A stretch of DNA of 64,000 nucleotides, from contig OZ193910.1 of NCBI GenBank assembly GCA_964276515.1, forward strand, positions 7,130,001-7,194,000. The letters run 5' to 3'. Positions 1 to 12,300 of this stretch are shown here, one piece after another (position 1 is the stretch's first letter; every line of letters starts with the position of its first letter). A program made the translations under genes and the position numbers. The notes under the pieces were generated by a model. The model was not told where the DNA came from, ran no database searches, and saw nothing but the letters and a program-made list of their open reading frames with translations. The stretch comes from Gordius albopunctatus (taxonomy: Eukaryota).

Positions 1-205
1 AGCTCTTTTAGATAAAATAACAAAAAATATATTTTTTCAGGTTAAAATACTTCACAATTTTTTCCTTTCAACCATATTCAACCGATGAAATTTTTTATTT
101 TCAGACATGATTTCCATGATAAAAAGTCAAAATTAATCAGAATTAGAAAACTATTACTTTTAAATCATTATCGCATAGAGCATGTTTCAAAAATTAAGCA
201 CTCAC

Positions 206-232
206 GTTGCGATACAACAAACTAATCGCAAC
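206..232. other. Inverted repeat within the monomer: gttgcgat-N11-atcgcaac (first instance; present in most monomers)
   Basis: Arms 206-213 and 225-232 are exact reverse complements; the spacer is acaacaaacta. Confidence 0.9.
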
Positions 233-259
233 AATATAACGTTGACTTTTCTCAAAATG

Positions 260-308
260 ATTGTTCTCGCAACTTTAAACTTCTTATATGGAGTCGATCG
301 AGAATAAT
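260..308. other. Nested imperfect dyad within the monomer, overlapping the perfect palindrome tcgatcga (first instance)
   Basis: Outer arms attgttctcg (260-269) and cgagaataat (299-308) pair at 9/10 positions. The inner acttctta/ta[a/t]ggagt (279-294) is near-palindromic. tcgatcga is at 294-301. Confidence 0.8.
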
Positions 309-3300
309 AGGATTCTCAAATTAGCTTACTTTTATATATTTTATCAAGCTCTTTTACATAAAATAACACAAATTATATTTATTTATCTCCGAATAACTCA
401 CAATTTTTTCCATTCAACCATATTCATCCAATGAAAGTTTTATTTTCCGACCTGATTTCCATGATAAAAAGTTAAAATTTATCAGAATTAGAGAACTATT
501 ATTTGAAATCATCATCGCATAGAGCATGTTTCAAAAATTAAGCACTCACTTTGCGATACAACAAACTAATCGCAACAATATAACGTTGTTTTTTCTCAAA
601 ATGATTGTTCTCGCAGATTAAAAATTCTTATAAGGAGTCGATCGAGAATAATAGGATTCTCAAATGAGCTTACTTTTATATATTTTTTCAAGCTCTTTTA
701 GATAAAATAACAAAAAATATATTTTTTTAGGTTAAAATACTTCACAATTTTTTCCTTTCAACAATATTCAACCGATGAAAGTTTTTATTTTCAGACGTGA
801 TTTCCATGATAAAAAGTCAAAATTTATCAGAATTAGAAAACTATTACTTTTAAATCATCATCGCATAGAGCATGTTTCAAAGATTAAGCACTCACGTTGC
901 GATACAACAAACTAATCGCAACAATATAACGTTGTCTTTTCTCAAAATGATAGTTCTCGCAGCTTGAAACTTCTTATATGGAGTCGATCGAGAAAAATAG
1001 GATTCTCAAATGAGCTTACTTTTTTATATTTTTTCAAGCTCTTTTACATAAAATAACAAAAAATATATTTTTTCAGGTTAAAATAATTCACAATTTTTTC
1101 CTTTCAACCATATTCAACCGATGAAAGTTTTTATTTTCAGACGTGATTTCCATGATAAAAAGTCAAAATTTATCAGAATTAGAGAACTATTACTTTTAAA
1201 TCATCATCGCATAGAGCATTTTTCAAAGATTAAGCACTCACGTTGCGATACAACAAACTAATCGCAACAATATAACGTTGTCTTTTCTCAAAATGATAGT
1301 TCTCGCAGCTTGAAACTTCTTATATGGAGTCGATCGAGAAAAATAGGATTCTCAAATGAGCTTACTTTTTTATATTTTTTCAAGCTCTTTTACATAAAAT
1401 AACAAAAAATATATTTTTCAGGTTAAAATAATTCACAATTTTTTCCTTTCAACCATATTCAACCGATGAAAGTTTTTATTTTCAGACGTGATTTCCATGA
1501 TAAAAAGTCAAAATTTATCAGAATTAGAAGACTATTACTTTTAAATCATCATCGCATAGAGCATTTTTCAAAAATTAGGCACTCACGTTGCGATACAACA
1601 AACTAATCGCAACAATATAACGTTCTCCTTTTCTCAAAATGATTGTTCTCGCAGCTTAAAAATTCTTATAAGGAGTCGATCGAGAATAATAGGATTCTCA
1701 AATGAGCTTACTTTTATATATTTTTTCAAGCTCTTTTAGATAAAATAACAAAAAATATATTTTTTCAGGTTACAATACTTCACAATTTTTTCCTTTCAAC
1801 CATATTCAACCGATGAAATTTTTTATTTTCAGACATGATTTCCATGATAAAAAGTCAAAATTAATCAGAATTAGAAAACTATTACTTTTAAATCATTATC
1901 GCATAGAGCATGTTTCAAAAATTAAGCACTCACGTTGCGATACAACAAACTAATCGCAACAATATAACGTTGACTTTTCTCAAAATGATTGTTCTCGCAA
2001 CTTTAAACTTCTTATATGGAGTCGATCGAGAATAATAGGATTCTCAAATTAGCTTACTTTTATATATTTTATCAAGCTCTTTTACATAAAATAACACAAA
2101 TTATATTTATTTAGCTCCGAATAACTCACAATTTTTTCCATTCAACCATATTCATCCAATGAAAGTTTTATTTTCAGACGTGATTTCCATGATAAAAAGT
2201 TAAAATTTATCAGAATTAGAGAACTATTACTTTGAAATCATCCTCGCATAGAGCATGTTTCAAAAATTAAGCACTCACGTTGCGATACAACAAACTAATC
2301 GCAACAATATAACGTTTGACTTTTCTCAAAATGATAGTTCTCGCAGCTTGAAACTTCTTATATGGAGTCGATCGAGAAAAATAGGATTCTCAAATGAGCT
2401 TACTTTTTTATATTTTTTCAAGCTCTTTTACATAAAATAACAAAAAATATATTTTTTCAGGTTAAAATACTTCACAATTTTTTCCTTTCAACCATATTCA
2501 ACCGATGAAATTTTTTATTTTCAGACGTGATTTCCATGATAAAAAGTCAAAATTTATCAGAATTAGAAAACTATTACTTTTAAATCATCATCGCATAGAG
2601 CATGTTTCAAAAATTAAGCACTCACGTTGCGATACAACAAACTAATCGCAACAATATAACGTTGACTTTTCTCAAAATGATTGTTCTCGCAACTTTAAAC
2701 TTCTTATATGGAGTCGATCGAGAATAATAGGATTCTCAAATTAGCTTACTTTTATATATTTTATCAAGCTCTTTTACATAAAATAACACAAATTATATTT
2801 ATTTAGCTCCGAATAACTCACAATTTTTTCCATTCAACCATATTCATCCAATGAAAGTTTTATTTTCCGACCTGATTTCCATGATAAAAAGTTAAAATTT
2901 ATCAGAATTAGAGAACTATTATTTGAAATCATCATCGCATAGAGCATGTTTCAAAAATTAAGCACTCACTTTGCGATACAACAAACTAATCGCAACAATA
3001 TAACGTTGTTTTTTCTCAAAATGATTGTTCTCGCAGATTAAAAATTCTTATAAGGAGTCGATCGAGAATAATAGGATTCTCAAATGAGCTTACTTTTATA
3101 TATTTTTTCAAGCTCTTTTAGATAAAATAACAAAAAATATATTTTTTCAGGTTAAAATACTTCACAATTTTTTCCTTTCAACAATATTCAACCGATGAAA
3201 GTTTTTATTTTCAGACGTGATTTCCATGATAAAAAGTCAAAATTTATCAGAATTAGATAACTATTACTTTTAAATCATCATCGCATAGAGCATGTTTCAA

Positions 3301-6300
3301 AGATTAAGCACTCTCGTTGCGATACAACAAACTAATCGCAACAATATAACGTTGTCTTTTCTCAAAATGATAGTTCTCGCAGCTTGAAACTTCTTATATG
3401 GAGTCGATCGAGAAAAATAGGATTCTCAAATGAGCTTACTTTTTTATATTTTTTCAAGCTCTTTTACATAAAATAACAAAAAATATATTTTTTCAGGTTA
3501 AAATACTTCACAATTTTTTCCTTTCAACCATATTCAACCGATGAAATTTTTTATTTTCAGACATGATTTCCATGATAAAAAGTCAAAATTAATCAGAATT
3601 AGAAAACTATTACTTTTAAATCATTATCGCATAGAGCATGTTTCAAAAATTAAGCACTCACGTTGCGATACAACAAACTAATCGCAACAATATAACGTTG
3701 ACTTTTCTCAAAATGATTGTTCTCGCAACTTTAAACTTCTTATATGGAGTCGATCGAGAATAATAGGATTCTCAAATTAGCTTACTTTTATATATTTTAT
3801 CAAGCTCTTTTACATAAAATAACACAAATTATATTTATTTAGCTCCGAATAACTCACAATTTTTTCCATTCAACCATATTCATCCAATGAAAGTTTTATT
3901 TTCAGACGTGATTTCCATGATAAAAAGTTAAAATTTATCAGAATTAGAGAACTATTACTTTGAAATCATCCTCGCATAGAGCATGTTTCAAAAATTAAGC
4001 ACTCACGTTGCGATACAACAAACTAATCGCAACAATATAACGTTGTCTTTTCTCAAAATGATAGTTCTCGCAGCTTGAAACTTCTTATATGGAGTCGATC
4101 GAGAAAAATAGGATTCTCAAATGAGCTTACTTTTTTATATTTTTTCAAGCTCTTTTACATAAAATAACAAAAAATATATTTTTTCAGGTTAAAATACTTC
4201 ACAATTTTTTCCTTTCAACCATATTCAACCGATGAAATTTTTTATTTTCAGACGTGATTTCCATGATAAAAAGTCAAAATTTATCAGAATTAGAAAACTA
4301 TTACTTTTAAATCATCATCGCATAGAGCATGTTTCAAAAATTAAGCACTCACGTTGCGATACAACAAACTAATCGCAACAATATAACGTTGACTTTTCTC
4401 AAAATGATTGTTCTCGCAACTTTAAACTTCTTATATGGAGTCGATCGAGAATAATAGGATTCTCAAATTAGCTTACTTTTATATATTTTATCAAGCTCTT
4501 TTACATAAAATAACACAAATTATATTTATTTAGCTCCGAATAACTCACAATTTTTTCCAATCAACCATATTCATCCAATGAAAGTTTTATTTTCCGACCT
4601 GATTTCCATGATAAAAAGTTAAAATTTATCAGAATTAGAGAACTATTATTTGAAATCATCATCGCATAGAGCATGTTTCAAAAATTAAGCACTCACTTTG
4701 CGATACAACAAACTAATCGCAACAATATAACGTTGTTTTTTCTCAAAATGATTGTTCTCGCAGATTAAAAATTCTTATAAGGAGTCGATCGAGAATAATA
4801 GGATTCTCAAATGAGCTTACTTTTATATATTTTTTCAAGCTCTTTTAGATAAAATAACAAAAAATATATTTTTTCAGGTTAAAATACTTCACAATTTTTT
4901 CCTTTCAACAATATTCAACCGATGAAAGTTTTTATTTTCAGACGTGATTTCCATGATAAAAAGACAAAATTTATCAGAATTAGATAACTATTACTTTTAA
5001 ATCATCATCGCATAGAGCATGTTTCAAAGATTAAGCACTCTCGTTGCGATACAACAAACTAATCGCAACAATATAACGTTGTCTTTTCTCAAAATGATAG
5101 TTCTCGCAGCTTGAAACTTCTTATATGGAGTCGATCGAGAAAAATAGGATTCTCAAATGAGCTTACTTTTTTATATTTTTTCAAGCTCTTTTACATAAAA
5201 TAACAAAAAATATATTTTTTCAGGTTAAAATAATTCACAATTTTTTCCTTTCAACCATATTCAACCGATGAAAGTTTTTATTTTCAGACGTGATTTCCAT
5301 GATAAAAAGTCAAAATTTATCAGAATTAGAGAACTATTACTTTTAAATCATCATCGCATAGAGCATTTTTCAAAGATTAAGCACTCACGTTGCGATACAA
5401 CAAACTAATCGCAACAATATAACGTTGTCTTTTCTCAAAATGATAGTTCTCGCAGCTTGAAACTTCTTATATGGAGTCGATCGAGAAAAATAGGATTCTC
5501 AAATGAGCTTACTTTTTTATATTTTTTCAAGCTCTTTTACATAAAATAACAAAAAATATATTTTTCAGGTTAAAATAATTCACAATTTTTTCCTTTCAAC
5601 CATATTCAACCGATGAAAGTTTTTATTTTCAGACGTGATTTCCATGATAAAAAGTCAAAATTTATCAGAATTAGAAAACTATTACTTTTAAATCATCATC
5701 GCATAGAGCATTTTTCAAAAATTAGGCACTCACGTTGCGATACAACAAACTAATCGCAACAATATAACGTTCTCCTTTTCTCAAAATGATTGTTCTCGCA
5801 GCTTAAAAATTCTTATAAGGAGTCGATCGAGAATAATAGGATTCTCAAATGAGCTTACTTTTATATATTTTTTCAAGCTCTTTTAGATAAAATAACAAAA
5901 AATATATTTTTTCAGGTTAAAATACTTCACAATTTTTTCCTTTCAACCATATTCAACCGATGAAATTTTTTATTTTCAGACATGATTTCCATGATAAAAA
6001 GTCAAAATTAATCAGAATTAGAAAACTATTACTTTTAAATCATTATCGCATAGAGCATGTTTCAAAAATTAAGCACTCACGTTGCGATACAACAAACTAA
6101 TCGCAACAATATAACGTTGACTTTTCTCAAAATGATTGTTCTCGCAACTTTAAACTTCTTATATGGAGTCGATCGAGAATAATAGGATTCTCAAATTAGC
6201 TTACTTTTATATATTTTATCAAGCTCTTTTACATAAAATAACACAAATTATATTTATTTAGCTCCGAATAACTCACAATTTTTTCCATTCAACCATATTC

Positions 6301-9300
6301 ATCCAATGAAAGTTTTATTTTCAGACGTGATTTCCATGATAAAAAGTTAAAATTTATCAGAATTAGAGAACTATTACTTTGAAATCATCCTCGCATAGAG
6401 CATGTTTCAAAAATTAAGCACTCACGTTGCGATACAACAAACTAATCGCAACAATATAACGTTGTCTTTTCTCAAAATGATAGTTCTCGCAGCTTGAAAC
6501 TTCTTATATGGAGTCGATCGAGAAAAATAGGATTCTCAAATGAGCTTACTTTTTTATATTTTTTCAAGCTCTTTTACATAAAATAACAAAAAATATATTT
6601 TTTCAGGTTAAAATACTTCACAATTTTTTCCTTTCAACCATATTCAACCGATGAAATTTTTTATTTTCAGACGTGATTTCCATGATAAAAAGTCAAAATT
6701 TATCAGAATTAGAAAACTATTACTTTTAAATCATCATCGCATAGAGCATGTTTCAAAAATTAAGCACTCACGTTGCGATACAACAAACTAATCGCAACAA
6801 TATAACGTTGACTTTTCTCAAAATGATTGTTCTCGCAACTTTAAACTTCTTATATGGAGTCGATCGAGAATAATAGGATTCTCAAATTAGCTTACTTTTA
6901 TATATTTTATCAAGCTCTTTTACATAAAATAACACAAATTATATTTATTTAGCTCCGAATAACTCACAATTTTTTCCAATCAACCATATTCATCCAATGA
7001 AAGTTTTATTTTCCGACCTGATTTCCATGATAAAAAGTTAAAATTTATCAGAATTAGAGAACTATTATTTGAAATCATCATCGCATAGAGCATGTTTCAA
7101 AAATTAAGCACTCACTTTGCGATACAACAAACTAATCGCAACAATATAACGTTGTTTTTTCTCAAAATGATTGTTCTCGCAGATTAAAAATTCTTATAAG
7201 GAGTCGATCGAGAATAATAGGATTCTCAAATGAGCTTACTTTTATATATTTTTTCAAGCTCTTTTAGATAAAATAACAAAAAATATATTTTTTCAGGTTA
7301 AAATACTTCACAATTTTTTCCTTTCAACAATATTCAACCGATGAAAGTTTTTATTTTCAGACGTGATTTCCATGATAAAAAGACAAAATTTATCAGAATT
7401 AGATAACTATTACTTTTAAATCATCATCGCATAGAGCATGTTTCAAAGATTAAGCACTCTCGTTGCGATACAACAAACTAATCGCAACAATATAACGTTG
7501 TCTTTTCTCAAAATGATAGTTCTCGCAGCTTGAAACTTCTTATATGGAGTCGATCGAGAAAAATAGGATTCTCAAATGAGCTTACTTTTTTATATTTTTT
7601 CAAGCTCTTTTACATAAAATAACAAAAAATATATTTTTTCAGGTTAAAATAATTCACAATTTTTTCCTTTCAACCATATTCAACCGATGAAAGTTTTTAT
7701 TTTCAGACGTGATTTCCATGATAAAAAGTCAAAATTTATCAGAATTAGAGAACTATTACTTTTAAATCATCATCGCATAGAGCATTTTTCAAAGATTAAG
7801 CACTCACGTTGCGATACAACAAACTAATCGCAACAATATAACGTTGTCTTTTCTCAAAATGATAGTTCTCGCAGCTTGAAACTTCTTATATGGAGTCGAT
7901 CGAGAAAAATAGGATTCTCAAATGAGCTTACTTTTTTATATTTTTTCAAGCTCTTTTACATAAAATAACAAAAAATATATTTTTCAGGTTAAAATAATTC
8001 ACAATTTTTTCCTTTCAACCATATTCAACCGATGAAAGTTTTTATTTTCAGACGTGATTTCCATGATAAAAAGTCAAAATTTATCAGAATTAGAAAACTA
8101 TTACTTTTAAATCATCATCGCATAGAGCATTTTTCAAAAATTAGGCACTCACGTTGCGATACAACAAACTAATCGCAACAATATAACGTTCTCCTTTTCT
8201 CAAAATGATTGTTCTCGCAGCTTAAAAATTCTTATAAGGAGTCGATCGAGAATAATAGGATTCTCAAATGAGCTTACTTTTATATATTTTTTCAAGCTCT
8301 TTTAGATAAAATAACAAAAAATATATTTTTTCAGGTTAAAATACTTCACAATTTTTTCCTTTCAACCATATTCAACCGATGAAATTTTTTATTTTCAGAC
8401 ATGATTTCCATGATAAAAAGTCAAAATTAATCAGAATTAGAAAACTATTACTTTTAAATCATTATCGCATAGAGCATGTTTCAAAAATTAAGCACTCACG
8501 TTGCGATACAACAAACTAATCGCAACAATATAACGTTGACTTTTCTCAAAATGATTGTTCTCGCAACTTTAAACTTCTTATATGGAGTCGATCGAGAATA
8601 ATAGGATTCTCAAATTAGCTTACTTTTATATATTTTATCAAGCTCTTTTACATAAAATAACACAAATTATATTTATTTATCTCCGAATAACTCACAATTT
8701 TTTCCATTCAACCATATTCATCCAATGAAAGTTTTATTTTTAGACGTGATTTCCATGATAAAAAGTTAAAATTTATCAGAATTAGAGAACTATGACTTTG
8801 AAATCATCCTCGCATAGAGCATGTTTCAAAAATTAAGCACTCACGTTGCGATACAACAAACTAATCGCAACAATATAACGTTGTCTTTTCTCAAAATGAT
8901 AGTTCTCGCAGTTTGAAACTTCTTATATGGAGTCGATCGAGAAAAATAGGATTCTCAAATGAGCTTACTTTTTTATATTTTTTCAAGCTCTTTTACATAA
9001 AATAACAAAAAATATATTTTTTCAGGTTAAAATACTTCACAATTTTTTCCTTTCAACCATATTCAACCGATGAAATTTTTTATTTTCAGACGTGATTTCC
9101 ATGATAAAAAGTCAAAATTTATCAGAATTAGAAAACTATTACTTTTAAATCATCATCGCATAGAGCATGTTTCAAAAATTAAGCACTCACGTTGCGATAC
9201 AACAAACTAATCGCAACAATATAACGTTGACTTTTCTCAAAATGATAGTTCTCGTAACTTTAAACTTCTTATATGGAGTCGATCGAGAATAATAGGATTC

Positions 9301-12300
9301 TCAAATTAGCTTACTTTTATATATTTTATCAAGCTCTTTTACATAAAATAACACAAATTATATTTATTTAGCTCCGAATAACTCACAATTTTTTCCATTC
9401 AACCATATTCATCCAATTAAAGTTTTATTTTCCGACCTGATTTCCATGATAAAAAGTTAAAATTTATCAGAATTAGAGAACTATTATTTGAAATCATCAT
9501 CGCATAGAGCATGTTTCAAAAATTAAGCACTCACTTTGCGATACAACAAACTAATCGCAACAATATAACGTTGTCTTTTCTCAAAATGATAGTTCTCGCA
9601 GCTTGAAACTTCTTATATGGAGTCGATCGAGAAAAATAGGATTCTCAAATGAGCTTACTTTTTTATATTTTTTCAAGCTCTTTTACATAAAATAACAAAA
9701 AATATATTTTTTCAGGTTAAAATACTTCACAATTTTTTCCTTTCAACCATATTCAACCGATGAAATTTTTTATTTTCAGACGTGATTTCCATGATAAAAA
9801 GTCAAAATTTATCAGAATTAGAAAACTATTACTTTTAAATCATCATCGCATAGAGCATGTTTCAAAGATTAAGCACTCACGTTGCGATACAACAAACTAA
9901 TCGCAACAATATAACGTTGTCTTTTCTCAAAATGATAGTTCTCGCAGCTTGAAACTTCTTATATGGAGTCGATCGAGAAAAATAGGATTCTCAAATGAGC
10001 TTACTTTTTTATATTTTTTCAAGCTCTTTTACATAAAATAACAAAAAATATATTTTTCAGGTTAAAATAATTCACAATTTTTTCCTTTCAACCATATTCA
10101 ACCGATGAAAGTTTTTATTTTCAGACGTGATTTCCATGATAAAAAGTCAAAATTTATCAGAATTAGAAAACTATTACTTTTAAATCATCATCGCATAGAG
10201 CATTTTTCAAAAATTAGGCACTCACGTTGCGATACAACAAACTAATCGCAACAATATAACGTTCTCCTTTTCTCAAAATGATTGTTCTCGCAGCTTAAAA
10301 ATTCTTATAAGGAGTCGATCGAGAATAATAGGATTCTCAAATGAGCTTACTTTTATATATTTTTTCAAGCTCTTTTAGATAAAATAACAAAAAATATATT
10401 TTTTCAGGTTAAAATACTTCACAATTTTTTCCTTTCAACCATATTCAACCGATGAAATTTTTTATTTTCAGACATGATTTCCATGATAAAAAGTCAAAAT
10501 TAATCAGAATTAGAAAACTATTACTTTTAAATCATTATCGCATAGAGCATGTTTCAAAAATTAAGCACTCACGTTGCGATACAACAAACTAATCGCAACA
10601 ATATAACGTTGACTTTTCTCAAAATGATTGTTCTCGCAACTTTAAACTTCTTATATGGAGTCGATCGAGAATAATAGGATTCTCAAATTAGCTTACTTTT
10701 ATATATTTTATCAAGCTCTTTTACATAAAATAACACAAATTATATTTATTTATCTCCGAATAACTCACAATTTTTTCCATTCAACCATATTCATCCAATG
10801 AAAGTTTTATTTTTAGACGTGATTTCCATGATAAAAAGTTAAAATTTATCAGAATTAGAGAACTATTACTTTGAAATCATCCTCGCATAGAGCATGTTTC
10901 AAAAATTAAGCACTCACGTTGCGATACAACAAACTAATCGCAACAATATAACGTTGTCTTTTCTCAAAATGATAGTTCTCGCAGCTTGAAACTTCTTATA
11001 TGGAGTCGATCGAGAAAAATAGGATTCTCAAATGAGCTTACTTTTTTATATTTTTTCAAGCTCTTTTACATAAAATAACAAAAAATATATTTTTTCAGGT
11101 TAAAATACTTCACAATTTTTTCCTTTCAACCATATTCAACCGATGAAATTTTTTATTTTCAGACGTGATTTCCATGATAAAAAGTTAAAATTTATCAGAA
11201 TTAGAGAACTATTACTTTGAAATCATCCTCGCATAGAGCATGTTTCAAAAATTAAGCACTCACGTTGCGATACAACAAACTAATCGCAACAATATAACGT
11301 TGTCTTTTCTCAAAATGATAGTTCTCGCAGCTTGAAACTTCTTATATGGAGTCGATCGAGAAAAATAGGATTCTCAAATGAGCTTACTTTTTTATATTTT
11401 TTCAAGCTCTTTTACATAAAATAACACAAATTATATTTATTTAGCTCCGAATAACTCACAATTTTTTCCATTCAACCATATTCATCCAATGAAAGTTTTA
11501 TTTTCCGACCTGATTTCCATGATAAAAAGTTAAAATTTATCAGAATTAGAGAACTATTATTTGAAATCATCATCGCATAGAGCATGTTTCAAAAATTAAG
11601 CACTCACTTTGCGATACAACAAACTAATCGCAACAATATAACGTTGTTTTTTCTCAAAATGATTTTCTCGCAGATTAAAAATTCTTATAAGGAGTCGATC
11701 GAGAATAATAGGATTCTCAAATTAGCTTACTTTTATATATTTTATCAAGCTCTTTTACATAAAATAACACAAATTATATTTATTTAGCTCCGAATAACTC
11801 ACAATTTTTTCCATTCAACCATATTCATCCAATGAAAGTTTTATTTTCCGACCTGATTTCCATGATAAAAAGTTAAAATTTATCAGAATTAGAGAACTAT
11901 TATTTGAAATCATCATCGCATAGAGCATGTTTCAAAAATTAAGCACTCACTTTGCGATACAACAAACTAATCGCAACAATATAACGTTGTTTTTTCTCAA
12001 AATGATTTTCTCGCAGATTAAAAATTCTTATAAGGAGTCGATTGAGAATAATAGGATTCTCAAATTAGCTTATTTTTATATATTTTATCAAGCTCTTTTA
12101 TATAAAATAATAAAAAATATATTATTTAGCTCCGAATAACTCACAATTTTTTCCATTGAACCATATTCATCCAATGAAAGTTTTATTTTCCGACCTGATT
12201 TCCATGATAAAAAGTTAAAATTTATCAGAATTAGAGAACTATTATTTGAAATCATCATCGCATAGAGCATGTTTCAAAAATTAAGCACTCACTTTGCGAT

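Larger units (their letters stand above)
133..10500. repeat. Left-domain HOR: 7-monomer unit (2,419 bp) with 5- and 6-monomer truncated variants
   Basis: The variant ttaatcag (elsewhere ttatcag; linked to gacatg and cattatcgc) occurs at 133, 1861, 3589, 6008, 8427 and 10500. Spacings are 1728, 1728, 2419, 2419 and 2073 bp, i.e. 5, 5, 7, 7 and 6 monomers. Private variants ttccaatc (about 4559/6978) and aagacaaaa (4961/7380) are 2,419 bp apart. Confidence 0.93.

Noticed and set aside
32..106. Two ttttcag motifs resembling 3' splice acceptors
   Set aside because: Expected in T-tract-rich DNA; both are lost in many monomers; no exon context.
260..308. Compensatory covariation supporting a conserved RNA hairpin
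   Set aside because: The linked variants gatagttctcg and cgagaaaaat weaken rather than restore pairing, so linkage reflects haplotype rather than structure.
206..308. MITE or Helitron origin of the monomer
   Set aside because: No terminal inverted repeats with target-site duplications and no Helitron termini identifiable; short dyads alone are insufficient.
1..346. Tandem RNA gene unit (5S rRNA, tRNA, spliced leader, snRNA)
   Set aside because: No motif or fold of these families recognised. An Rfam/Infernal scan would be decisive and was not run.
1..346. Monomer as a dimer of subunits of about 172 bp
   Set aside because: Only short internal echoes (ttctcaaa(a)tga, tttca, atcgca) were seen; no convincing half-to-half alignment by eye.
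2255..2440. 61-aa ORF (MFQKLSTH...)
   Set aside because: Opened by a 1-bp insertion (aacgtttgac) in one satellite monomer; sister monomers have early stops; no recognisable domain.
11584..12139. 67- and 70-aa ORFs on the + strand
   Set aside because: Result from a 1-bp deletion in locally amplified monomers; F/I/K/L-rich composition expected from AT-rich DNA; not preserved across the array.
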